A DNA stretch of 64,000 bases from an uncultured Actinomycetota bacterium (lineage in GTDB: Bacteria > Actinomycetota > Actinomycetes > Mycobacteriales > Nakamurellaceae). Below, in pieces: positions 28,206 to 37,080 of the stretch. Positions within the stretch are counted from its first letter, which is position 1, and each line of letters begins with the position of its first letter. The notes beneath the pieces were generated by a model. The model saw only the letters and a program-made list of their open reading frames with translations. It was not told the DNA's origin and did no database searches. The position numbers and the translations under genes are program-made. The DNA is taken from the NCBI GenBank assembly GCA_963730295.1, contig CAVSRE010000010.1, positions 5,310 through 69,309 on the forward strand, given 5' to 3'.

Positions 28206-28257
28206 CCAGGGGGTGGGGCCAAGCAAATTTGACGGGTGGGGCCCGCCAACCTTGACA
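28206..28257 (-). mobile_element. IS21-like right terminal repeat region (inverted relative to 21600-21656)
   Basis: The reverse complement reads TGTCAAGGTTGGCGGGCCCC...CAAATTTGCTTGGCCCCACC. By manual ungapped alignment it matches the left end in 15/20 and 17/22 positions, and it has the same two-repeat architecture. Confidence 0.4.
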
Positions 28258-28384
28258 AACCCAGTCGTCCCGGCATTTGCTCGAAACCACGAATCCGAGA
28301 CCTGCGGGGACGAACCCGCTAGATCGAATGCCGCTGAGGGGCAATCGTCTTGGGCGGGGGCGGCGCTGTCCCGGACAACAAGAA

Positions 28385-28798
28385 TCAGTACCGCGGTTCG
28401 GGCGTCGCGGTGTATTCCTCGTCGGTGACGGGCGTGAGCCAGTGCACGACGTCGTGGTCGTCGTCGGCTTCGTTGATGGCGAGGTGCACCATGAGCCGGT
28501 TCTGCGTCGCGCCGTGCCAGTGTTCCTCGTCGGCTTCGAAGAGCACTCGGTCCCCGGGGTGGATGACTTCGACGGGGCCGCCTCGGCGTTGGCAGACCCC
28601 CACGCCCTCGGTGACGAACACCGTTTGCCCCAGCGGGTGTCGGTGCCAGTGCGTACGGGCGCCGGGCATGAAATGCACCAGGTTGGCCTGTACCCGGGAT
28701 GGTGGTGGAGCAGCCGCGACCGGGTCGATGTAGACGTCCCCGGTGAACCAGTCGCCCGGGCCTTTGACAGTATTGAGTGAGCTGCGGGTGATGTGCAT
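28385..28798 (-). CDS. Cupin-domain protein
   Basis: 137 aa. The cupin motifs are HWHRHPLGQTVFVTEG and HWHGA. Confidence 0.8.
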   Translation of the reverse strand: MHITRSSLNTVKGPGDWFTGDVYIDPVAAAPPPSRVQANLVHFMPGARTHWHRHPLGQTVFVTEGVGVCQRRGGPVEVIHPGDRVLFEADEEHWHGATQNRLMVHLAINEADDDHDVVHWLTPVTDEEYTATPEPRY

Positions 28799-28850
28799 GA
28801 TGCTCCTTGCTGATCGGGGCGGCGGGCACTGCGGTCGATAGCGCTATGGG

Positions 28851-29741
28851 TCAACGCTGCTGGCGGATCGGTGTGGTCTCGCTGTCGGTGTGGGTGGCGG
28901 CCCAGGAGGCGAGCATGGCCAGCGCGTCAGCGGTCGGCGAGGCGGGTTCGGCGGCGTAAATGGTGATGGTGAGCCCTGGTTCGGAGATCATGTCAACACT
29001 TTCGTAGGCCAGCACCAGGTCGCCGACGACCCCGTGGTGGAAGTGTTTGATCCCGGCCCCGTGCAGTCGGACGTCATGGCTGCTCCATCGTCGGCGGAAA
29101 TCGGGGCTGCGAGTGGACAGCTCACCGACGAGGTCGTGCATGGCTTTGTCGTGCGGGTCGCGGCCGGCTTCGGTGCGGAGGATGCCGACGCAGATGTCGG
29201 CGGCGCTGTCCCAGTCGGGGTAGAACCGGTGCGAGTCGTCGTCGAGGAAGGTGTACCGGGCGAAGCTTGGTGGCCTGGTCGGGTCGTTGTCGTACAGCGA
29301 TGAGTGCATGGCCCGGCCGAGGTGGTTGGTGGCCAGTAGATCCATTCGCCCGTTGCGGATGATCGCGGGCCCCGCGGTGATCGAGTCGAGCACCCATTGC
29401 AGCTGCGGCCGGGGCGCCCACCGCTGCGTGCGCCGTGATCGGCGCAGCATTCGGCCGGAGCCGTCGGCGGCCCGGGCGAGGTGCAGCATGTGCGCCCGTT
29501 CGGCGTCATCGAGCTGGAGTGCCCGGGCGAGGGCGTCGAGGACGGAAGCGGACGCACCGGCGAGGTTACCGCGTTCCAGCTTGGAGTAGTACTCGATGCT
29601 CACCCCGGCCAACGCGGCGACCTCGCCGCGCCGTAAACCCGGCACCCGCCGGGCACCGACCTGCGGCAGCCCGGCCTGCTGTGGGGTGATCTTGGCTCGC
29701 CGTGAGATGAGGAACTCACGGACTTCGGCGCGGTTGTCCAC
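28851..29741 (-). CDS. XRE-HTH regulator with an MmyB-like ligand-binding domain
   Basis: REFLISRRAKITPQQAGLP...RRVPGLRRGEVAALAGVSIEYYSKLERG is the characteristic MmyB-like N-terminus. GTG at 29739-29741 was chosen. It is divergent from the ADH/SDR genes. Confidence 0.8.
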   Translation of the reverse strand: MDNRAEVREFLISRRAKITPQQAGLPQVGARRVPGLRRGEVAALAGVSIEYYSKLERGNLAGASASVLDALARALQLDDAERAHMLHLARAADGSGRMLRRSRRTQRWAPRPQLQWVLDSITAGPAIIRNGRMDLLATNHLGRAMHSSLYDNDPTRPPSFARYTFLDDDSHRFYPDWDSAADICVGILRTEAGRDPHDKAMHDLVGELSTRSPDFRRRWSSHDVRLHGAGIKHFHHGVVGDLVLAYESVDMISEPGLTITIYAAEPASPTADALAMLASWAATHTDSETTPIRQQR

Positions 29742-29941
29742 AGCCCCAACGCTAAGCCGCTCGCACCGCCGGTGGGATGCCCTGCCGGTACACCCCAGGC
29801 CGTCAGGGGTGTCCTGGGAGTACACCTTTTGACAGGAACTCCCTCATTCACGGCCGAGCGGGTGGACTGGAGGCACCAACGCAGAAAACAACCGGCTGAA
29901 CGAGCCACGTTGAGCTGCCAGTAGATACGAGGAGTCCACCG

Positions 29942-30964
29942 ATGCGTGGAGTTGTGCTGCACGGCCCGGGTGACGTCCGAGTCGAGGACCGCGCCGAACC
30001 GGCCATCCTCACACCGACCGACGCGATCATCCGGCTGTCCGCGACCTGCATTTGCGGGTCGGATCTATGGCCGTACCGGGGCGCCGACCACCTGACCGCG
30101 CCGTCGCCGATGGGTCACGAGTATGTCGGGATCATCGAGGAAACCGGTTCGGAGGTCACCACTGTCAAGCCTGGCCAGTTCGTCGTCGGCTCCTTCTTCG
30201 CCTCCGACAACACCTGCGAAATCTGCCAGGCCGGGTACCAGACGTCCTGCGTCCACCGGGTAGGCATGGGGTCCGAAGGTACGCAGGCGCAACGGATGCG
30301 GGTACCGCTGGCCGATGGCACCTTGGTCGCCACCCCGGACGTGCCAGACGCCGATCTGGTGCCGGACTTCCTGGCCGCGTCGGATGTGTTGGGTACCGGC
30401 TGGTTCGCCGCGGTCGCCGCGGAAGTGGGTCCGGGTAAGACGGTTGCGGTGGTGGGTGACGGCGCCGTCGGTCTGCTCGGAGTGCTCGCCGCGAAGCAAC
30501 TCGGTGCGGAGCGGATCATCGCGATGAGCCGTCACCAGCCCCGTCAGCAGCTCGCCCTGGAGTTCGGCGCCACCGACGTCGTCACCGAACGCGGCGACGA
30601 GGGTGTGCAGCGGATCAAGGACCTGACCAACGGACTCGGCGCCCACTCGATGATCGAGGCGGTCGGCACCCAGGAATCGATGATGCAGGCCATCCGCGCG
30701 ACCCGCCCCGGTGGGCACGTCGGCTATGTCGGCGTCTCCCATGACGTTTCCCTGCCTGGTGAAGAACTGTTCTTCTCCCACGTCCACCTGCACGGCGGCC
30801 CGGCCCCGGTCCGCCGGTTCCTGCCCGATCTGATGGACCGCATCTGGAACCGGCACATCAACCCCGGCAAGGTCTTCGACCTCACCCTGCCGATCGAGGA
30901 CGCACCGGCCGGCTATCGGGCAATGGATCAACGTCAAGCCATCAAGGTCCTCCTCCAACCCTGA
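29942..30964 (+). CDS. Zinc-dependent alcohol dehydrogenase (MDR superfamily)
   Basis: Motifs are ICGSDLWPYRG and GHEYVG, a structural-zinc Cys cluster (CEICQAGYQTSC) and the GDGAVGL Rossmann motif. Confidence 0.85.
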   Translation: MRGVVLHGPGDVRVEDRAEPAILTPTDAIIRLSATCICGSDLWPYRGADHLTAPSPMGHEYVGIIEETGSEVTTVKPGQFVVGSFFASDNTCEICQAGYQTSCVHRVGMGSEGTQAQRMRVPLADGTLVATPDVPDADLVPDFLAASDVLGTGWFAAVAAEVGPGKTVAVVGDGAVGLLGVLAAKQLGAERIIAMSRHQPRQQLALEFGATDVVTERGDEGVQRIKDLTNGLGAHSMIEAVGTQESMMQAIRATRPGGHVGYVGVSHDVSLPGEELFFSHVHLHGGPAPVRRFLPDLMDRIWNRHINPGKVFDLTLPIEDAPAGYRAMDQRQAIKVLLQP

Positions 30965-30994
30965 CCACGTCGCACCGAAGGAAAGAAACTCGCG

Positions 30995-31783
30995 TTGACC
31001 GCACCAGCAGACAACAGAAACCCCAGTTACGACTTCACCGGGCAGGTCGCGTTCGTCACCGGCGCGGCCTCCGGGATGGGCCCGGCCACGGTGTGGGCAT
31101 TCGCCCGCGCCGGTGCGGCCGTCGTGCTCGCCGACCTCAACCAGGATCAGCTGACCGCGGCCACCGATGAACTCGAAGCCGCCGGGCACCAGGTTTTGGG
31201 TGTGCGGTGCGATGTGTCCGACGAGACCCAGGTCGAGGCTGCCGTCGCCGCCGCGGTGGACAGGTTCGGCCGTCTGGACATGGCGTTCAACAACGCAGGC
31301 ATCCAGATCCCGCCGAGCGATGCCGCCGACGAGGCTGCCGAGGTTTTCGACCGGGTCAACGCGATCAACCTGCGCGGGGTATGGGCGTGCATGAAACACG
31401 AGCTGGCCCAAATGCGTGGCCAGGGCAGCGGGGCGATCGTGAACTGCTCGTCGTTGGGTGGTCTGGTCGGGATCCCCGGCCGCGCCTCCTACCACGCCAC
31501 CAAATACGGGGTGATCGGGCTGACCACCAGCGCCGCCCTGGAATACGCATCTCGCGGGATCCGGATCAACGCGGTCTGCCCCGGCACCATCGACACCCCG
31601 ATGGTCGCCGACATGATCGCCAGCGGCGAACTTGACCCGGCAGCGGCCATCGCGAACCAGCCTATCGGCCGGCTCGGACGGGCAGAGGAGATCGCGGCCG
31701 CGGTGCTGTGGCTGTGCAGCCCCGGGTCCAGCTTCGTCATCGGCGTCGCACTACCCGTCGACGGCGGCTATACGGCGCAGTAA
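30995..31783 (+). CDS. SDR-family oxidoreductase
   Basis: Motifs are TGAASGMG, NNAG and YHATK (YxxxK). The start is TTG. Confidence 0.85.
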   Translation: MTAPADNRNPSYDFTGQVAFVTGAASGMGPATVWAFARAGAAVVLADLNQDQLTAATDELEAAGHQVLGVRCDVSDETQVEAAVAAAVDRFGRLDMAFNNAGIQIPPSDAADEAAEVFDRVNAINLRGVWACMKHELAQMRGQGSGAIVNCSSLGGLVGIPGRASYHATKYGVIGLTTSAALEYASRGIRINAVCPGTIDTPMVADMIASGELDPAAAIANQPIGRLGRAEEIAAAVLWLCSPGSSFVIGVALPVDGGYTAQ

Positions 31784-32338
31784 GTGAAGACCAAACCGAC
31801 CAGGCGGGCACACCTGCCGGCTGCGCTGGTCGCTGCGCTACTCGTCAACGCGTGCAGCAGCAATGAGCCAGCCGGATCGCCTGGAACATCGTCAAGGGAC
31901 ACCACAATGACCACCAGTTCACCCAGCGCACCGGAACCGACACCGTCGCCCTCGCCGGGGTCTGGTTCAACGGAAGCAGCCAGCACACCGATTCGCCTGT
32001 CATTCGGGGACACGGCACTGACCGCCCGGTTGACAAACAATTCAACGGCTCTTGACCTGTTGAGCCAACTGCCGCTCACCCTGACCTTCCGGGACTTCAA
32101 CGGGGTCGAAAAGATCGCTGATCTCCCACGCACACTGTCCACCGACGGCGTCCCGTCCGGTGCGGACCCCGAGATCCTCGACATCGGCTACTACTCGCCG
32201 TCGAACAATCTCGTGCTCTACTACGGCGACGTCGGTTACTGGAACGGAATCGTGCGTATCGGCCGCTTCGCCACCGACATCGCGTCTCTGCGAGCGCAAA
32301 CCTCCGAGTTCACCCTCACAATCGATCAGGCCAGCTGA
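31784..32338 (+). CDS. Cyclophilin-like-fold lipoprotein
   Basis: Lipobox LLVNACS, then IRLSFGDTALTARLTNNSTALDLLSQLPLTLTFRDFNGVEKIADLPRTLS...NLVLYYGDVGYWNGIVRIGR, which is typical of the cyclophilin-like (Cyclophil_like2) family. Confidence 0.7.
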   Translation: MKTKPTRRAHLPAALVAALLVNACSSNEPAGSPGTSSRDTTMTTSSPSAPEPTPSPSPGSGSTEAASTPIRLSFGDTALTARLTNNSTALDLLSQLPLTLTFRDFNGVEKIADLPRTLSTDGVPSGADPEILDIGYYSPSNNLVLYYGDVGYWNGIVRIGRFATDIASLRAQTSEFTLTIDQAS

Positions 32339-32613
32339 AACCTCTTGTTCCGACCGACGAGTCGACGTCCCGGAAGATCTATCGCGCGCCATGACGAACA
32401 ACCGGTAATCCCCGGTAAGAATTGTCCAAGCGCTCCCAAAATCGAGGTGTCCGAAGCAGGTGTTCCGCGGCGAGCCTGGCGCCACCACACCGCAATGGTC
32501 GTCGTCGACCTCATCTTCCTTCGTGTTGCATTTGACCGGGCGATGCGTTGAGGTGGGCACCGAGTAGTCCAAGGCCGGACGGTGTGTTGGGGCTCGCGAC
32601 GACGGAGGTTGAG

Positions 32614-34206
32614 ATGGCTGGCGTACCAACGCGGTCCAACGCGATGGATCACGTGGTGGTCGTGTTGTTCGAGAACCGTTCCTTGGACAACGTTCTCGGT
32701 CGGCTGTATGGCCCGGGGGACGGGAAGACCTTCGAGGGGGTCATCGGGAAGGATCTGAACAATCCGATCCCTGAGTGGGCTGAGCACGGCGCCGACCGGA
32801 AGGTCGTGCCCTACGGGGTCGCGACCGATATGGACTCACCGAACCCGGATTCCGGTGAGGAGTACTTCCACACCAACACTCAGCTGTTCAACACCCTGGA
32901 CGAGCACAACCGGTTCAAGATCGGCGAGGGTGTCACCGCACCATGGAACGCGCCACCCGCCGGGGCGACGCCGACGATGGACGGGTTCGTCACCGACTAC
33001 ATCAGCACCTTCACCGGGGAGATGGGTCGGCAGCCGACCTACGACGAGTACGCCCACATCATGACCGGGTTCACCCCGGAACAGGTGCCGGTGCTCAGCG
33101 GCATCGCCCGGGGTTTCGGGGTGTTCGACCACTGGTTCTGCGAGGTGCCGTCGCAGACATTCATGAACCGTTCGTTCTGGACCGCCGCGACGTCCTCGGG
33201 CTTGGTGGTGAACAGCCCTGTGGCTAAGTGGTTCGCGCACAACGACACCGAGACGATCTTCGAGCGGCTGGAGGCACACGGCAAGACCTGGAAGGTCTAC
33301 GTGATGGAACCGATGCCCGTCGCGTTCGAAGGCATGATTCACTACTCCCGGCTCAAGGACCGGCTGGCCACCCACTTCGTGCGGTTCAGCGAGTTCGAGA
33401 CCGACGCCGCCGCCGGCACCCTGCCGGACTTCTCTTTCATCGAGCCGAACATGGTCGCCGGACACGGCGATTACCACCCGGCGATCGGGCATGCGATGGG
33501 ACCGGCGATCAAACTCGGACTCGACTCCCCGTCCTCGATCGTGTCCGGTGAGGCGTTCCTGGAGCGCGTCTACAACGCCTACCGGTCCGCGACGTCGGAG
33601 ACCGGTGCGAATGTGTGGAACACGGCGTTGCTGATCGGGTGGGACGAACCCGGGGGAACTTACGACCATGTTCCGCCCGGCCCTGTCCCGCCGCCCGACC
33701 CGGCCGCACCGGCGGGCGAGTTCGGGTTCACGTTCGACCGCTCCGGCTACCGGGTGCCGGCGATCATTGTTTCGCCCTGGGTCGAGCCGGGCTCGGTGTT
33801 CAACGAGGAATACCGGCACACGTCGCTGATCGCCACGCTCCGGAAGAACTGGGGGCTTGGCGAGCCATTCACCGCCCGGGACGCGGCCGCCAGAACCTTT
33901 GAGCAGGTCTTCACCCGCGACGAACCCACAGACCCCACGACCTGGACCACCATCCAGGCTCAACCCGTGCCGGAGTGGACCATGGACCCCGAGGTCTTGG
34001 GTCGCACCCTCAGCGGCTTGGGCAAGGCGGCGATACCCGGTCTGATCGCGCACGCCAAGGAAAGGGGAGTCCAGCTCCCAGCAGGAGTTGATGATCCCAA
34101 CGCCGACCCCGCCCTGCTCGTCCAAACGCTCCGGGACATCTGCCTGCACTACTTCCCAGCGTTGGCCGAAGGCGCGCTTGCGCACGATGAACAGCACTTG
34201 GGATGA
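32614..34206 (+). CDS. Phosphoesterase-family protein (phospholipase C / acid phosphatase family)
   Basis: MDHVVVVLFENRSLDNVLG is the hallmark N-terminus, followed by GWDEPGGTYDHVPP. ATG at 32614 has GGAGG upstream. There is no obvious signal peptide. Confidence 0.8.
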   Translation: MAGVPTRSNAMDHVVVVLFENRSLDNVLGRLYGPGDGKTFEGVIGKDLNNPIPEWAEHGADRKVVPYGVATDMDSPNPDSGEEYFHTNTQLFNTLDEHNRFKIGEGVTAPWNAPPAGATPTMDGFVTDYISTFTGEMGRQPTYDEYAHIMTGFTPEQVPVLSGIARGFGVFDHWFCEVPSQTFMNRSFWTAATSSGLVVNSPVAKWFAHNDTETIFERLEAHGKTWKVYVMEPMPVAFEGMIHYSRLKDRLATHFVRFSEFETDAAAGTLPDFSFIEPNMVAGHGDYHPAIGHAMGPAIKLGLDSPSSIVSGEAFLERVYNAYRSATSETGANVWNTALLIGWDEPGGTYDHVPPGPVPPPDPAAPAGEFGFTFDRSGYRVPAIIVSPWVEPGSVFNEEYRHTSLIATLRKNWGLGEPFTARDAAARTFEQVFTRDEPTDPTTWTTIQAQPVPEWTMDPEVLGRTLSGLGKAAIPGLIAHAKERGVQLPAGVDDPNADPALLVQTLRDICLHYFPALAEGALAHDEQHLG

Positions 34207-34539
34207 CAACCCCATCTGGCCACATTGTGCTGCTTTGATCTGGCGCCAGGTCGCGCTGGATACACCTCGGGCTCGGGTACGTGCCTGCGCGGAGGATGGG
34301 CCTCGGCTCGGCCGTAGTGCGGGGGAGCACCGCGTTCTCGGCGGCGGCAAGGATCGGGGCGAACGCCCGCGCCACAGTCGGCCGCACCGCGAGATCGCTG
34401 CGGGTGCTGCCGATCCTGTACACCCAGAAGTGCACCGACCCGCTGCGCGACGGGCTGGCCGGGCACATCTCCCGCATCCTGATCCTGCCGATCGAGGACG
34501 AGACCGAGGCTCGCGCCGCCCTGCGGCCTGGCCAGCTGA

Positions 34540-35723
34540 TCCTCGCTGCCGGGTGCTGGTGGGTCCTGGGTGCTCACGGCCAACGCTCCCCACACGTGCC
34601 CTTCGACAGTGACCGGCACGGCAACGGCGGCCCCGACCTCCAGATCGGCCGGGAGTTCGGACGGGACAACCGCAGTGACACGGTCGAGCCGGACCGAATG
34701 CCCTGACCGTCGAAGCTCGTCGAGCATGTTGTCGTCGGTCGCGACCGGAAACCTCAGCCCGATCGGCGTTTTCCCGCGGGACCGCGCGACCACGACGGCG
34801 GCGTCGTCCAGGTCGAAAGGTGTTCCTCAATGGCCGCTGGGAATCCTTGATCGCGTCCCACCACGATCAGCGCGCCCCAGAGTTCGCCGCGGATGACGAT
34901 CGGCACGCCGGCGCTGGTCGTGAACCCGCGGGCGTGCGCCAATTTGGGCCAGCGACCGTCCACCTGGCCCAGGTCCTCGACGCGAGCCGCGCGGCCGGGT
35001 CGCCAGACCCGGTGCACTGCAGCATCACCCGTCCCAGGCGCGTGCATCCCCACCGCGAAGTTGTCAGGAGCGCCCCAGGATCGGCCGCCGACCGCCACCG
35101 GCACCCTCACCGATGCGCGGAGCCCAACCTGCATGGCCAGTCGATTCCCGGGCGACCCCAGGTGGTCGTCGATGCGCGCGGGTTGTCGGTGCGTTGCACC
35201 GTGGCCGTCACGCCGTCGGGATCGACGGTGACTCTTCTACCGGCGCGGGGGATGTCTGCGTCGAAGCCGTCGACCGCGAGCAGGTCGGCCGCCGCGTCAT
35301 CGACGAACCGCAACAGCATGGAAGGCACGCCATCCAGCAGGGCGGACGCGGACCCGGGCGATGGCTGCGAACACCTGCGGGGGCCCGGCACCGCCGGCCG
35401 CGATCTCGGCTACCTCCAGCAGTTCTGCTTGCTCCCGTGCGCGTTCCCGCAGCTCGTCGTTGGCCTGCGCGTTGGCCAAGGCCGAGGTCACCAACTGGGT
35501 GAAGGCCGCGATGCCCTCTTCGACGCCGTCGCCGAACGGCTCGTCGTGGGCCGGCGTCGAAACGCATCATCAGGCTGACGTCGACGCCCGCCAACTCCGC
35601 GATCACCTGGTTGATCACCGTGACGAGGTCCCGCTCCGATCCGCCGCCGGCTGCGTGGGTCGCGACCTGCCTGAGTGCCGCCTGCCGGTTCGCCAGCTGC
35701 GCTGCCTCGGCCCGCGACGGCAC
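34540..35723 (-). pseudogene. Multi-GAF-domain sensor protein remnant (several frameshifts and internal deletions)
   Basis: GAF-type segments are spread over at least four minus-strand frames: QAALRQVATHAAGG...LMMRF; FTQLVTSALANAQANDELRERAREQAELLEVAEIAAGGAGPPQVFAAIA; MLLRFVDDAAADLLAV; GLRASVRVPVAVGGRSWGA; GVPIVIRGELWGALIVVG; AVAVPVTVEGHVWGALAV. I see no kinase or other output domain downstream. Confidence 0.55.
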
Positions 35724-35749
35724 CTGCGCTGTCGGGGTTCGATCGCAGG

Positions 35750-35902
35750 CTCGCTCATTGCCCGTCCCGGCTCCAAGAGTTCGGGACGTTGGGTGCCGCC
35801 AATTCGGCTGGGTACTCGCTCACCGCCCGTCCTCGCTCCACGAGCTCGGGACGTTGGCTGCCGCCAACTCGCTCGCGCGCTCGCTCACCGGCGGTCCCGG
35901 TG
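35750..35902. repeat. 65-bp tandem repeat, about 2.35 copies
   Basis: Copy 1 spans 35750-35814 and copy 2 spans 35815-35879, matching at about 51/65 positions by manual alignment. A partial copy 3 starts at 35880. The repeat is intergenic between the response-regulator stop (35885) and the GAF remnant start (35723). Confidence 0.8.
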
Positions 35903-36570
35903 TTGCAGGAACGACAAAACAGCCAGCACCCGACGGTGGTCGGTTTCCGCCGGCGGGATGTCCAGCTTGCGGAAGATGCCGGTCACATATTTCTCCACCG
36001 CCGCCTGGCTGATCAACAACGCCTGTGAGATACCGAGGTTCGACCTGCCCTCGGCCATCGCGGCCAGCACCTGTCGTTCACGCGGCGTCAGCGGGGACAG
36101 GGGGTCACCCGGCGCGCCGCGGCCCAGCATCAACGCGATCACTTCCGGGTCCAGCGCGCTGCCGCCTGCGGCGACCCGCCGCACTGCATTCACGAACGCC
36201 GGCACGTCCCCGACCCGCTCCTTCAACAGGTACCCGACTCCCTTCGGGTCGTCGTCGATGAGGTCGATCACGAAACTCGGCTCGCAGAACTGCGACAGGA
36301 TCAGCACGCCGGTGCCGGGCAGCCGCCGACGCACCTGGATGGCGGCCACCAACCCGTCGTCCTCCCGACGCGGCGGCATCCGCACGTCGACGATCGCGAC
36401 GTCCGGGCGAAACGCCAGGGTCTTGCGGGTCAGCTCATCGGCATCCCCGCCTGCGCCACGACGTCGAGCCCGACGCCGGCGAGGATTCGCGAGATGCCCT
36501 CGCGCAGCAGCACGTCGTCCTCGCCGATGATCACGCGGAGCGCGGGCGTGGACTTGGTCGATGCCTCCAT
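35885..36570 (-). pseudogene. NarL/LuxR-family response regulator with a 1-nt frameshift
   Basis: The receiver N-terminus MEASTKSTPALRVIIGEDDVLLREGISRILAGVGLDVVAQAG is in one frame. The continuation DADELTRKTLAFRPDVAIVDVRMPP...LTPRERQVLAAMAEGRSN is in another. The junction is the C4 run at 36445-36448, where one extra G on the coding strand would restore the frame. Confidence 0.7.
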
Positions 36571-36577
36571 CGGACAC

Positions 36578-36964
36578 TCAACCTCGTTCAATGTAGTCGC
36601 GCAGCTCGGCGCCCGAGACCTCGTCCTTCGGCACGAATCCGGACGCGCCGGCCCGGCGAGCCGCAGGAACATTGGATGAGTCGGAGTCCGATGAAATGAG
36701 AACCACTCGCATCGGCCAGGGCATCGCGACGAGCTGTTCGGTGAGTGAGAACCCATCGCCGTCGGGGAGTCCGATGTCCACCAACACGAAGTCGGGGCGC
36801 AACTCCGCGGCCCGAGCCAACCCGGCGGCGACGCTGCCCGCGAGGCCGACCACCTGATGACCCCAGCCGGTCACGATCCTGGCGGCGAGGTCGCCGAAGG
36901 CGGCGTCGTCGTCAACAATCAACACCGCGCGGGGCATCTCGTGAGGATTCCATGGGCGACTCAC
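36578..36964 (-). CDS. Single-domain response regulator (CheY-like receiver)
   Basis: 128 aa with the acidic pocket LIVDDD, the phosphoacceptor context FVLVDIGLPDGDG and the conserved Lys in FVPKD. Confidence 0.8.
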   Translation of the reverse strand: MSRPWNPHEMPRAVLIVDDDAAFGDLAARIVTGWGHQVVGLAGSVAAGLARAAELRPDFVLVDIGLPDGDGFSLTEQLVAMPWPMRVVLISSDSDSSNVPAARRAGASGFVPKDEVSGAELRDYIERG

Positions 36965-37080
36965 CTCGGTGGTAGGGCTAGCCGGAAACCTTTCTCCGGT
37001 CAGTGGGTATGGCAGCAGCGGATGACCCGCAGGAACCTTGGGTCAGATAACTGGCAGGCAGCACCTGGGCGGAGAAAAAA

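Noticed and set aside
30065-31495. 476-aa minus-strand ORF antisense to the ADH and SDR genes
   Set aside because: It spans two independent plus-strand genes and their intergenic gap and has shadow-frame composition.
32836-34830. 664-aa minus-strand ORF antisense to the phosphoesterase gene
   Set aside because: It is Arg/Gly/Pro-dominated with no motifs. The plus-strand phosphoesterase motifs are clear.
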